A DNA stretch of 64,000 nt from Azolla caroliniana (Eukaryota; Plantae; Polypodiophyta): NCBI GenBank assembly GCA_043228905.1, contig JBHGNT010000012.1:18910001-18974000 (forward strand), given 5' to 3'. The translations under genes were made by a program, and so were the position numbers. Below are positions 10,035 to 21,800 of this stretch, piece after piece. The notes beneath the pieces were generated by a model. The model worked only from the letters and a program-made list of their open reading frames with translations. It was not told the DNA's origin and did not search any database. The first letter of the stretch is position 1; each line of letters starts with the position of its first letter.

Positions 10035-13000
10035 GTCCAGCCAAAATAGGAGCCGTTTGGTCGGACAGCCCTAGATCTGTGCAGCCCATTAGTGGTTCCA
10101 TTCCCTCTAAGCAAGTTAGTGATGTGTTCGTAGCCCAAGTAGCAGTTAGTACTAAAAGTACCCCTCCAGTACATACCTTAGCCCTTCTAGATTCCGGAGC
10201 TAATTCTTGCTTCATGGATAGGAATTTTGCCCGAGCTCATCAGATATCTCTCAGAAAGCTCCCATGTCCAGCCTCAGTAGTAGTCATTGATGGTCGTCCC
10301 ATTGCTTCTGGTAATATCATAGAAGAGTCGGAACCCGTTAATATTGTCCTAGATAACTTAACATGTGTAGTATCATTTAATATTATTAGTATTCCAGAAC
10401 ATCCCATAGTTTTAGGATTACCATGGTTCGAGTTACATAACCCAGACATAGATTGGAGGACAAGGGAAATCCGGTTGCGACAAACCCAAGGATCTACCCA
10501 GAAGGTTGCAACCATTTCGCTACATCAGTTGCGTGAGGAAGGGCGCAAGGAGGAAATGTTTCTCTTCGCAATATCAGTACAACCCTCCAGCACCGCCAAA
10601 GAGGAGTCCACCGTTCAACTTCCCGAGAAGTATCGTCAGTATGCTGATGTGTTCGATAAAGTACAAGCCAACACACTTCCTCATCATCGGCCGTACGATT
10701 GCGCCATCGACTTACAACCGGGAAAAGAGCCGCCATGGGGGCCGATCTACAATTTGTCACCAACCGAGCTAGAAGTCCTCCGAGCCTATATAGAGGAGAA
10801 TTTGGAGAACGGTTTCATTCGGCATTCGAAATCTCCAGCCGGTGCACCCATTTTCTTCGTCAAGAAAAAAGATGGCTCGCTTCGACTCGTTGTAGATTAC
10901 CGTGGCTTGAATAAGGTCACGGTAAGAAATAGGTATGCTCTTCCCCTTATCTCAAGTCTTTTAGAACGGATCAACGGTGCCAGGTTCTTCACGAAGATCG
11001 ACTTACGAGGAGCCTATAACCTCGTACGGATCCGACCAGGAGATGAATGGAAGACCGCGTTTCGCACCAGATATGGGCACTTCGAGTATACGGTCATGCC
11101 GTTCGGACTCACTAATGCGCCGGCAGTCTTCCAGCACATGGCGAATGATATATTTCGAGATCTCTTGGATGATTTTTTGATCATCTATTTGGATGATCTA
11201 CTGGTTTATTCAAAGACCCAAGAAGAACATGATTCTCATGTACTATTAGTACTAAAACGACTTCGAGAACATGGTCTGTATGCAAAGTTAGAGAAATGTA
11301 GTTTCGGGTGCAACCAAGTGGAATTTCTCGGCTATGTCATCTCCTCAGAAGGCATATCTATGGACCCAGCCAAGGTGAAAACGGTGATAGAATGGCACAC
11401 TCCGCGTTCGGTGCGGGATGTGCAATGCTTCCTAGGCTTTGCAAATTTTTACCGGAAGTTCATACAAAATTACTCAAAAATTGTGCTGCCTCTCACACAG
11501 CTCACCAGGAAGGGACAATCATTCATTTGGTCTAAAGAGACGGACATGGCTTTCGAGAGTCTTAAGAAGGCGTTTACATCAGCTCCAATTTTAGGTCATG
11601 TGGATCCGGAAAAACCATTCATTATCGAAGCTGACGCATCGGATTTCGCATTGGGGAGCATTCTGTCACAACAGGGTAACGACGAGAAGCTACATCCTGT
11701 GGCTTTCCACTCCCGTAAGTTTGACGCCGCCGAAATCAACTACGAAATTCATGATAAAGAGCTATTAGCAATAGTTGATTCTTTTATGCAATGGAGGCAT
11801 TTCCTGGAGGGATCTCCTCATCAGGTCACTGTATTCAGTGACCACAAGAACCTTGCCTACTTTCAAGATGCTCGTGTACTGAATCGACGTCAAGCTCGGT
11901 GGGCCCACTTCCTCACACGCTTCGACTTCAAAATTACATATCGTCCGGGGAAGCACCAAGGGAAGGCAGATGCATTATCACGGCGTTCGTATCTAACACC
12001 ACGTCCCGGTGAGCCAGCTTTCGATAACCAGAAGCAAGTAATCTTGGGTCCAGCACGACTGCAAGCAGCACAGGTCTTTGACATGCCCGTGGATTCCGAC
12101 ATTACCAATACTATACGTGAGGACTTGAAGACTGACGCTTTCGCCCAAGCTATACTAGCACAAATTGACCCCTCTCGAGCGTCATGTTCACAATCACAAT
12201 CACCAGGTACGGATTATCGGCAATTCAAATACTGTGATGGATTACTCTTCTTTAAAGAACTTTTGTATGTTCCTAATGGTTCTTGCCGCCTTCGAGTAGT
12301 ACAAAATTGCCATGACACATATACAGCAGGACATTTTGGTAGTACTAAAACATTAGATTTAGTACAACGATCATTCTGGTGGCCCCGTATGCGACAATTT
12401 GTCGAAGATTTTGTTCGGACTTGCGATACATGCTGCAGAGCGAAAATGCCAAGACATCATCCATATGGTTTATTAGAACCATTACCAATTCCAAGCAAGC
12501 CATGGCAATCCATTGCTCTTGACTTCATTACAGATCTTCCAGTCTCTAAGGGATTCAGTGCGATTCTCACAGTGGTGGATCGATATACGAAGATGGCTCA
12601 TTTCTTACCATGTACTAAAGAAATATCTAGTGAAGACACCGCCGAAATTGTCATGCGGGAAGTATGTCGGCATCATGGACTCCCTGATAATATCATCAGC
12701 GATCGTGGACCCCAGTTTGTGTCAAAATTCTGGAAGCACCTTTTTAAAATGCTGAAGGTCACTTGTAACCTCTCCTCCGGCTACCACCCACAAACCGACG
12801 GTCAAGCCGAACGAACAAATCAAACACTGGAGCAGTATCTGCGGTGCTTTCTCAACTATCATCAGAATGACTGGGCAGATATTCTTCAGTTCGCCGAATT
12901 TGCCTATAATAACGCTATCCACGCATCGACTAAAGTCACGCCATTCTACGCTTATACGGGATATCATCCCCGGTGGTGTGTCCTTGAAACCCCAGAAGTG

Positions 13001-13618
13001 TCCACAAATCCTTGCGCGGAGGATCGTTTGGAGCGGTTACGCAAGATACAAGCGGATTTATCTACTCAACTCCAGCAAGCTCAACAATCACACAAGGACT
13101 ACGCAGATCGTCATCGACTTCCATCCAGTTTTAACATTGGAGATCGGGTGTGGCTGCTACGACGACACATCAAGACTACTCGCCCATGTGAGAAGTTGGA
13201 TTATCGGCGATTAGGTCCTTTCCGTATTATCGGGAAGATTAATGATGTCGCTTTTCGTCTCGAGCTACCTCCGCAACTTCGGATACATCCGGTGTTTCAT
13301 AGTTCTCTCCTCGAACCCTATCACGAGAGCACTATCCCAGGACGTACTATACAACCACCACCTCCTATCGAGCTCGAAGATGGACCTGAGTATGAGGTCG
13401 CTGCCATCCTCGATTCCAAGATTGTTCGCAACAAGCTCTACTATCTAGTCGATTGGCTAGGATATAGTCCCAGCGAGCGTACTTGGGAACCGATCGAGAA
13501 TGTGACCAATGCTCGTGCTCTTCTAGAAGACTTCCATCGACGATATCCCGAGAAACCGGGTCCTCAATCCAAAACGACTCGTGGAACTCGTCGTTTTAAA
13601 GGGGGGATAGTGTCATAA
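10007..13618 (+). CDS. pol: Intact Pol of A (PR-RT-RH-INT-chromodomain), in the -1 frame relative to gag
   Basis: ALLDSGA, YLDD, DDE, chromodomain. The frame opens after TAG at 10004-10006; no ATG start; stop codon lies inside the 3' LTR. Confidence 0.95.
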   Translation, partial: PIRRRVKRLSPAKIGAVWSDSPRSVQPISGSIPSKQVSDVFVAQVAVSTKSTPPVHTLALLDSGANSCFMDRNFARAHQISLRKLPCPASVVVIDGRPIASGNIIEESEPVNIVLDNLTCVVSFNIISIPEHPIVLGLPWFELHNPDIDWRTREIRLRQTQGSTQKVATISLHQLREEGRKEEMFLFAISVQPSSTAKEESTVQLPEKYRQYADVFDKVQANTLPHHRPYDCAIDLQPGKEPPWGPIYNLSPTELEVLRAYIEENLENGFIRHSKSPAGAPIFFVKKKDGSLRLVVDYRGLNKVTVRNRYALPLISSLLERINGARFFTKIDLRGAYNLVRIRPGDEWKTAFRTRYGHFEYTVMPFGLTNAPAVFQHMANDIFRDLLDDFLIIYLDDLLVYSKTQEEHDSHVLLVLKRLREHGLYAKLEKCSFGCNQVEFLGYVISSEGISMDPAKVKTVIEWHTPRSVRDVQCFLGFANFYRKFIQNYSKIVLPLTQLTRKGQSFIWSKETDMAFESLKKAFTSAPILGHVDPEKPFIIEADASDFALGSILSQQGNDEKLHPVAFHSRKFDAAEINYEIHDKELLAIVDSFMQWRHFLEGSPHQVTVFSDHKNLAYFQDARVLNRRQARWAHFLTRFDFKITYRPGKHQGKADALSRRSYLTPRPGEPAFDNQKQVILGPARLQAAQVFDMPVDSDITNTIREDLKTDAFAQAILAQIDPSRASCSQSQSPGTDYRQFKYCDGLLFFKELLYVPNGSCRLRVVQNCHDTYTAGHFGSTKTLDLVQRSFWWPRMRQFVEDFVRTCDTCCRAKMPRHHPYGLLEPLPIPSKPWQSIALDFITDLPVSKGFSAILTVVDRYTKMAHFLPCTKEISSEDTAEIVMREVCRHHGLPDNIISDRGPQFVSKFWKHLFKMLKVTCNLSSGYHPQTDGQAERTNQTLEQYLRCFLNYHQNDWADILQFAEFAYNNAIHASTKVTPFYAYTGYHPRWCVLETPEVSTNPCAEDRLERLRKIQADLSTQLQQAQQSHKDYADRHRLPSSFNIGDRVWLLRRHIKTTRPCEKLDYRRLGPFRIIGKINDVAFRLELPPQLRIHPVFHSSLLEPYHESTIPGRTIQPPPPIELEDGPEYEVAAILDSKIVRNKLYYLVDWLGYSPSERTWEPIENVTNARALLEDFHRRYPEKPGPQSKTTRGTRRFKGGIVS

Positions 13619-13901
13619 CTAGACTCGAACCCATAACCTTTTGTTACACGGGTCGAGACTTTACCATTAGGTTATGAATTGTAATTTGAAGGATATTATT
13701 TTCATTTAGGTTTTATTGGGAAATTGATGTATATTCCAGATTTCTCTGGAACATTCTAGAAACTTCAGGAGTATTCCTGAAGACACTATAAAAGGAGGCG
13801 CAAGGCATTAGTTCGAACCAAATCGGTTCAACGCCAGTCTTAAGCCTTCTAACTACTGTTGTATATCTTCCTTCATATAATACATATATCTTTCGCATCA
13901 T

Positions 13902-13946
<45 letters not shown>

Positions 13947-14080
13947 ACTCATTCCTTCTCTCAAAAGTTCGACACCTCTCATAGTACTAATCCTTCTCTG
14001 TCTTAGTACTATTCCCCAACAATAGTACTAATCCTTCTTTTAGTACTAATTCCTTCTCTGCCTTAATAGAGTTCCTGACA
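13611..14080 (+). repeat. Internal LTR of A (470 bp), followed again by ATGTT and gag
   Basis: TG...CA termini, (TC)19. Confidence 0.95.
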
Positions 14081-14085
14081 ATGTT

Positions 14086-14771
14086 TTGGAGATACTGACA
14101 GCATAAGGACTGCAATCAACAAAATCCGGCGATTACGCCAAGGTGACCGTCCAGCCTCCGCATATGCTGCAGATTTCCGCCTACTCGCCGCCGATATCCC
14201 CTGGGATGATCAAGCATTGATGGAGCAGTTCCGCTATGGTCTACGCAACGATGTCAAGGATTTACTCTTGACTTTCCCTGAAGAGCCAAAATCATTAACA
14301 GAAGCAATCAGTCGAGCGGTCAGATGTGACAACCGCCTCTTCGAGCGACGTTCGGAACGACAATTTCAGATGCCGAGGGCAAGATCCGAGCCTACCTATG
14401 CCTCAGTGGTAGCAAAACCTTTTCAAAGGGAGTCACATAATGCGCCTCCAGTAAGTACTCCAACTCCAATGGAAATTGACACTACACGTCGTCGTGGGCC
14501 GCTATCGGAGGAGGAAAAGCAACGACGCCGAACAAACCGATTATGCCTTTATTGCGGTGGACCAGGGCATATCGCGATAAACTGTCCCCATAGACCAAGA
14601 AGGCAGGTAAACCAAGTCGTTGTTAGTTCTGACTATACTAAACCCGAGTCTATTTCAGTAGGAATCTCTGATAGTCCTCATAGTCATAATAGTCCTAATA
14701 GTACTAATAGTCCGAATCTCGCAAACAAATTTGATGTCCTTAGCCAATTAGAAGAAGAGTTAAACGACTAA
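14086..14771 (+). CDS. gag: Duplicated gag 3' part
   Basis: Same as 9349-10034 at offset 4737. Confidence 0.9.
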
Positions 14772-17700
14772 GTCCAGCCAAAATAGGAGCCGTTTGGTCG
14801 GACAGCCCTAGATCTGTGCAGCCCATTAGTGGTTCCATTCCCTCTAAGCAAGTTAGTGATGTGTTCGTAGCCCAAGTAGCAGTTAGTACTAAAAGTACCC
14901 CTCCAGTACATACCTTAGCCCTTCTAGATTCCGGAGCTAATTCTTGCTTCATGGATAGGAATTTTGCCCGAGCTCATCAGATATCTCTCAGAAAGCTCCC
15001 ATGTCCAGCCTCAGTAGTAGTCATTGATGGTCGTCCCATTGCTTCTGGTAATATCATAGAAGAGTCGGAACCCGTTAATATTGTCCTAGATAACTTAACA
15101 TGTGTAGTATCATTTAATATTATTAGTATTCCAGAACATCCCATAGTTTTAGGATTACCATGGTTCGAGTTACATAACCCAGACATAGATTGGAGGACAA
15201 GGGAAATCCGGTTGCGACAAACCCAAGGATCTACCCAGAAGGTTGCAACCATTTCGCTACATCAGTTGCGTGAGGAAGGGCGCAAGGAGGAAATGTTTCT
15301 CTTCGCAATATCAGTACAACCCTCCAGCACCGCCAAAGAGGAGTCCACCGTTCAACTTCCCGAGAAGTATCGTCAGTATGCTGATGTGTTCGATAAAGTA
15401 CAAGCCAACACACTTCCTCATCATCGGCCGTACGATTGCGCCATCGACTTACAACCGGGAAAAGAGCCGCCATGGGGGCCGATCTACAATTTGTCACCAA
15501 CCGAGCTAGAAGTCCTCCGAGCCTATATAGAGGAGAATTTGGAGAACGGTTTCATTCGGCATTCGAAATCTCCAGCCGGTGCACCCATTTTCTTCGTCAA
15601 GAAAAAAGATGGCTCGCTTCGACTCGTTGTAGATTACCGTGGCTTGAATAAGGTCACGGTAAGAAATAGGTATGCTCTTCCCCTTATCTCAAGTCTTTTA
15701 GAACGGATCAACGGTGCCAGGTTCTTCACGAAGATCGACTTACGAGGAGCCTATAACCTCGTACGGATCCGACCAGGAGATGAATGGAAGACCGCGTTTC
15801 GCACCAGATATGGGCACTTCGAGTATACGGTCATGCCGTTCGGACTCACTAATGCGCCGGCAGTCTTCCAGCACATGGCGAATGATATATTTCGAGATCT
15901 CTTGGATGATTTTTTGATCATCTATTTGGATGATCTACTGGTTTATTCAAAGACCCAAGAAGAACATGATTCTCATGTACTATTAGTACTAAAACGACTT
16001 CGAGAACATGGTCTGTATGCAAAGTTAGAGAAATGTAGTTTCGGGTGCAACCAAGTGGAATTTCTCGGCTATGTCATCTCCTCAGAAGGCATATCTATGG
16101 ACCCAGCCAAGGTGAAAACGGTGATAGAATGGCACACTCCGCGTTCGGTGCGGGATGTGCAATGCTTCCTAGGCTTTGCAAATTTTTACCGGAAGTTCAT
16201 ACAAAATTACTCAAAAATTGTGCTGCCTCTCACACAGCTCACCAGGAAGGGACAATCATTCATTTGGTCTAAAGAGACGGACATGGCTTTCGAGAGTCTT
16301 AAGAAGGCGTTTACATCAGCTCCAATTTTAGGTCATGTGGATCCGGAAAAACCATTCATTATCGAAGCTGACGCATCGGATTTCGCATTGGGGAGCATTC
16401 TGTCACAACAGGGTAACGACGAGAAGCTACATCCTGTGGCTTTCCACTCCCGTAAGTTTGACGCCGCCGAAATCAACTACGAAATTCATGATAAAGAGCT
16501 ATTAGCAATAGTTGATTCTTTTATGCAATGGAGGCATTTCCTGGAGGGATCTCCTCATCAGGTCACTGTATTCAGTGACCACAAGAACCTTGCCTACTTT
16601 CAAGATGCTCGTGTACTGAATCGACGTCAAGCTCGGTGGGCCCACTTCCTCACACGCTTCGACTTCAAAATTACATATCGTCCGGGGAAGCACCAAGGGA
16701 AGGCAGATGCATTATCACGGCGTTCGTATCTAACACCACGTCCCGGTGAGCCAGCTTTCGATAACCAGAAGCAAGTAATCTTGGGTCCAGCACGACTGCA
16801 AGCAGCACAGGTCTTTGACATGCCCGTGGATTCCGACATTACCAATACTATACGTGAGGACTTGAAGACTGACGCTTTCGCCCAAGCTATACTAGCACAA
16901 ATTGACCCCTCTCGAGCGTCATGTTCACAATCACAATCACCAGGTACGGATTATCGGCAATTCAAATACTGTGATGGATTACTCTTCTTTAAAGAACTTT
17001 TGTATGTTCCTAATGGTTCTTGCCGCCTTCGAGTAGTACAAAATTGCCATGACACATATACAGCAGGACATTTTGGTAGTACTAAAACATTAGATTTAGT
17101 ACAACGATCATTCTGGTGGCCCCGTATGCGACAATTTGTCGAAGATTTTGTTCGGACTTGCGATACATGCTGCAGAGCGAAAATGCCAAGACATCATCCA
17201 TATGGTTTATTAGAACCATTACCAATTCCAAGCAAGCCATGGCAATCCATTGCTCTTGACTTCATTACAGATCTTCCAGTCTCTAAGGGATTCAGTGCGA
17301 TTCTCACAGTGGTGGATCGATATACGAAGATGGCTCATTTCTTACCATGTACTAAAGAAATATCTAGTGAAGACACCGCCGAAATTGTCATGCGGGAAGT
17401 ATGTCGGCATCATGGACTCCCTGATAATATCATCAGCGATCGTGGACCCCAGTTTGTGTCAAAATTCTGGAAGCACCTTTTTAAAATGCTGAAGGTCACT
17501 TGTAACCTCTCCTCCGGCTACCACCCACAAACCGACGGTCAAGCCGAACGAACAAATCAAACACTGGAGCAGTATCTGCGGTGCTTTCTCAACTATCATC
17601 AGAATGACTGGGCAGATATTCTTCAGTTCGCCGAATTTGCCTATAATAACGCTATCCACGCATCGACTAAAGTCACGCCATTCTACGCTTATACGGGATA

Positions 17701-18355
17701 TCATCCCCGGTGGTGTGTCCTTGAAACCCCAGAAGTGTCCACAAATCCTTGCGCGGAGGATCGTTTGGAGCGGTTACGCAAGATACAAGCGGATTTATCT
17801 ACTCAACTCCAGCAAGCTCAACAATCACACAAGGACTACGCAGATCGTCATCGACTTCCATCCAGTTTTAACATTGGAGATCGGGTGTGGCTGCTACGAC
17901 GACACATCAAGACTACTCGCCCATGTGAGAAGTTGGATTATCGGCGATTAGGTCCTTTCCGTATTATCGGGAAGATTAATGATGTCGCTTTTCGTCTCGA
18001 GCTACCTCCGCAACTTCGGATACATCCGGTGTTTCATAGTTCTCTCCTCGAACCCTATCACGAGAGCACTATCCCAGGACGTACTATACAACCACCACCT
18101 CCTATCGAGCTCGAAGATGGACCTGAGTATGAGGTCGCTGCCATCCTCGATTCCAAGATTGTTCGCAACAAGCTCTACTATCTAGTCGATTGGCTAGGAT
18201 ATAGTCCCAGCGAGCGTACTTGGGAACCGATCGAGAATGTGACCAATGCTCGTGCTCTTCTAGAAGACTTCCATCGACGATATCCCGAGAAACCGGGTCC
18301 TCAATCCAAAACGACTCGTGGAACTCGTCGTTTTAAAGGGGGGATAGTGTCATAA
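14744..18355 (+). CDS. pol: Duplicated intact Pol
   Basis: Translation identical to the 10079-13618 ORF. Confidence 0.93.
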   Translation, partial: PIRRRVKRLSPAKIGAVWSDSPRSVQPISGSIPSKQVSDVFVAQVAVSTKSTPPVHTLALLDSGANSCFMDRNFARAHQISLRKLPCPASVVVIDGRPIASGNIIEESEPVNIVLDNLTCVVSFNIISIPEHPIVLGLPWFELHNPDIDWRTREIRLRQTQGSTQKVATISLHQLREEGRKEEMFLFAISVQPSSTAKEESTVQLPEKYRQYADVFDKVQANTLPHHRPYDCAIDLQPGKEPPWGPIYNLSPTELEVLRAYIEENLENGFIRHSKSPAGAPIFFVKKKDGSLRLVVDYRGLNKVTVRNRYALPLISSLLERINGARFFTKIDLRGAYNLVRIRPGDEWKTAFRTRYGHFEYTVMPFGLTNAPAVFQHMANDIFRDLLDDFLIIYLDDLLVYSKTQEEHDSHVLLVLKRLREHGLYAKLEKCSFGCNQVEFLGYVISSEGISMDPAKVKTVIEWHTPRSVRDVQCFLGFANFYRKFIQNYSKIVLPLTQLTRKGQSFIWSKETDMAFESLKKAFTSAPILGHVDPEKPFIIEADASDFALGSILSQQGNDEKLHPVAFHSRKFDAAEINYEIHDKELLAIVDSFMQWRHFLEGSPHQVTVFSDHKNLAYFQDARVLNRRQARWAHFLTRFDFKITYRPGKHQGKADALSRRSYLTPRPGEPAFDNQKQVILGPARLQAAQVFDMPVDSDITNTIREDLKTDAFAQAILAQIDPSRASCSQSQSPGTDYRQFKYCDGLLFFKELLYVPNGSCRLRVVQNCHDTYTAGHFGSTKTLDLVQRSFWWPRMRQFVEDFVRTCDTCCRAKMPRHHPYGLLEPLPIPSKPWQSIALDFITDLPVSKGFSAILTVVDRYTKMAHFLPCTKEISSEDTAEIVMREVCRHHGLPDNIISDRGPQFVSKFWKHLFKMLKVTCNLSSGYHPQTDGQAERTNQTLEQYLRCFLNYHQNDWADILQFAEFAYNNAIHASTKVTPFYAYTGYHPRWCVLETPEVSTNPCAEDRLERLRKIQADLSTQLQQAQQSHKDYADRHRLPSSFNIGDRVWLLRRHIKTTRPCEKLDYRRLGPFRIIGKINDVAFRLELPPQLRIHPVFHSSLLEPYHESTIPGRTIQPPPPIELEDGPEYEVAAILDSKIVRNKLYYLVDWLGYSPSERTWEPIENVTNARALLEDFHRRYPEKPGPQSKTTRGTRRFKGGIVS

Positions 18356-18638
18356 CTAGACTCGAACCCATAACCTTTTGTTACACGGGTCGAGACTTTA
18401 CCATTAGGTTATGAATTGTAATTTGAAGGATATTATTTTCATTTAGGTTTTATTGGGAAATTGATGTATATTCCAGATTTCTCTGGAACATTCTAGAAAC
18501 TTCAGGAGTATTCCTGAAGACACTATAAAAGGAGGCGCAAGGCATTAGTTCGAACCAAATCGGTTCAACGCCAGTCTTAAGCCTTCTAACTACTGTTGTA
18601 TATCTTCCTTCATATAATACATATATCTTTCGCATCAT

Positions 18639-18683
<45 letters not shown>

Positions 18684-18817
18684 ACTCATTCCTTCTCTCA
18701 AAAGTTCGACACCTCTCATAGTACTAATCCTTCTCTGTCTTAGTACTATTCCCCAACAATAGTACTAATCCTTCTTTTAGTACTAATTCCTTCTCTGCCT
18801 TAATAGAGTTCCTGACA
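18348..18817 (+). repeat. 3' LTR of A (470 bp)
   Basis: PPT at 18335-18347; followed by TSD GAACC. Confidence 0.97.
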
Positions 18818-21800
18818 GAACCTTTGCTCCGAACCGGACGGCATATCGCGCATTATCTTCACCTTCTTAATTGATGACCCACCCGATTCCGGTTGGGCTC
18901 GTATCTACGGTCACGTAAATTGGTTTCCCTTCGGCATAGTCAGCCTTCCTTAGTGCCGGAGCTTCAAGAAGCAGTTTCTTTAATCTCCGCATCGCATTTG
19001 TGTGCTCGTCTCGCCATGCGAACTTCATTCTTTTCTTTAGTATTCCATATAACGAACGGTTCAGCGACATGAGCGTAGTGAGGAATCCATATATGATAAA
19101 ACGCACACGGTCCAAGGAACCTTCGAACCTCCGTTTGGTTTTCGCATTCTTCTTTCATGTCTTGGATTGCGTTCACTTTGGATGGCGAGGGCTTCCGGCC
19201 GTATGCTCCACACAAGTGACCTACCACCAAGATCTCTGGTTGCCCGAATGCGGATTTTTCTCCCGAAAATGTCAAATTCGCATCTTCGAACCTTTGAAGC
19301 ACCTTCTCGCAATCTTTCATATGATCCGCAACGAACTTTCTACAACCTTCCTTATCTTTCGATTCATCTTTCTCCTCATCTGAACATCCTTTTATCACAA
19401 TATCATCCAAGAATGGCATCGTGATGTCCGGGATGCAATCCTTCAAGACTTTATTCATGGCATTCACCATATGAGCCACCGAGTTCGTTGCGCCTTGGGG
19501 TAAGGTACACATCCGCACAAGCCCGATCGGAGTCCTCATGGTTGTAATGTCCCGACTGTAAATCGCCAATTGGAATTGGTCATATCCGGAGTAGAGATCG
19601 CCAATGGAGTAGATGGACCGGCCCGCAAACGCTTCGGCAAATTCGTCCACGCTCGGACCGATTCCGGCATTTCAAATTGTCACCTTGTTGACGGGTTGAA
19701 GATCTTGGATGAATCGCAATGATCCATTCTTCTTCGGCACCGTGAACCACCTATTGGAATAAGGAGCATTCGACGGTTCTAGAATTCCCATACTCACCTT
19801 CTCCTTTAAAAGCTCGATCAGCTTCGGAAGGTGTGCTCTCGGAACTGGTATCAGTTTCAAATTCCAAGGCACATGAGGCACCGTGAAGTTCACCATCGGC
19901 TCTATAACCTTTGGGTCAGCGCATCCGCTTTCTCGTGGGAAGAATGCGAAAGCCTTCCCATGTCTCTCAAGCATATCACGAAACATTCGCTCCTCTTCAG
20001 GGAGAAGGAAATCCTCCTTTCCAACTCGTAGCTTCCCCTTCGTCTCTTTGGTGAAGACATGACCTATCTTCTTCGGATCTCTTAAGCTTGGATCGTTAGC
20101 GACTTCCTTCATCTTTTGCCAATTATCTTCCAGTAGCGGAACCACTGGCTTGATCTTCTTATCCATCCTTTTATATTTCATGTTGATGCCAGCTTCCTTC
20201 ATTGAGATGCTACAACGGTATTCATCGATGATAGCGTACATGTTGACGGAGTTAACCGAAATCACGCGTTGATTGTGAAGATAGCTCAAGTCCACGACAT
20301 CCTCGATTTCGCCGATGGTGTCGTTAAATGAGGCTTCTTCCATAATATGAGTCACGAACTCTCCTTCTTCTATTATGTTTTCTTCTTTCAGCATCTTCTC
20401 GAATTCTTGTATCCGGCGCTTGTGCTTCTTGTCGGGTAGTACTAGTTTACATGCGCCACTAGGTGTGACACATGTTGCTTCTCCTCGCAATCCATGCACT
20501 CTTCTTTCTTGTGGGGCCTTGTGATTGCTCAGACTATTTGTGCCCCATGCTTCAATAGTCCGCTCTAAAAATCTGAGGATTCGCCTCCGAGACTATCTTG
20601 ATTCCTTTCATGATTGGCTCGCACCGTTAGGAATTGGACCGATCTTTGGTTGTCAAGACTCTTTATTCGTGCGAAGGCTGTTCCATTATCGAACACTTTG
20701 GTCTCCATCCGAGATGATGTGATATAAGGTTGCCCTAGGATGACAGGATGCGACGCCGATTCTTGTACAAAGAAGTGTTGATCCATCTCCACATCCCCGA
20801 TCGTGACTTTGATATTGGGACAAGCTCCGTACAAGTCCTCCGTAGACTTTGTTGCCGCACGAATCTTCCATCCGTGGTTTGTATTGATTGGCCACCTTCC
20901 CTTTTTGTAGAAGTCGGTTGACATGAGGTTAATCTCCGAGCCGTGGTCCATCAAGGCTACCACGGTCTCTTTCTTCTCCCCGATCTTCACCGGCGTCTCC
21001 GTTGTCGCTCGTGCCCAATGAGGTCAAGTATAGTGGTTGTCCACCATATCTTCATCAACTTCGTCTCTTGCCATCGTTATGGCATTCGTTTTTGCTTTTT
21101 GCGGCTTCTCTTCTTCCTCGTCCGATTGTTGTCTCTTTCTCTTTACAAGGTCCACGATCGTGTCATGGAACTCCTTCTTCGTAATGCCAAGCAATTCCCT
21201 CAAGGACAAAATTACGTGGCTATCAAGAACTTGTTCTTCGAGAATCTTCTTTAGGTTCGTTGTCTGCTCTATGTCCGACCTTAGCTTATAGGTAGGTATA
21301 GTCCTTGTCCTCCGAGCGGGGTCTTCGACACCAACCTTCACGAGCCGAACCATTTCTTCAACTCGTATGCTCGGCTCCCCTTTTCGGCTTGATTCTCGTT
21401 CCTCCGTTTGTAAAGGTCGACTCGTCTCTGCATCGTCCTTCTTTTTCGCGTTCCTTGTTTCATGTCTTTTTGATGGGCCTTGCTCTTCTATTCTCTTTCT
21501 CTTTTCTTCGACGAACACCTCATGGTTGTCGCACATCACCTCTGCGAGTATGGTGTTCCACCGGATCCGACCACCCGATTATGCTTTGCACGCTTCAGTC
21601 CGCAAGCTCTACCTCGTTCGATGTGACTTTTCCCTTCTTCTCATATTCGAGAACGGAAGTCCAAAACTTTGCTCCCGCTCTAGCAGCTTCAGTCTTGTCT
21701 TTCCCGACTCTTATTCCGGCCGATGCAGCATAGTGCATCGCATCCACATGAGTCGCATCGGCATCCTCCATAGATTTCTTCATTCCTCCTCTTCCGAAAT

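Larger units (their letters stand above)
4373..18817 (+). mobile_element. Composite Ty3/gypsy chromovirus A (Tcn1-like) inserted in the RNase H region of element B
   Basis: Matching 470-bp terminal LTRs; 5-bp TSD GAACC at 4368-4372 and 18818-18822; PR-RT-RH-INT-chromodomain order. Confidence 0.97.
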
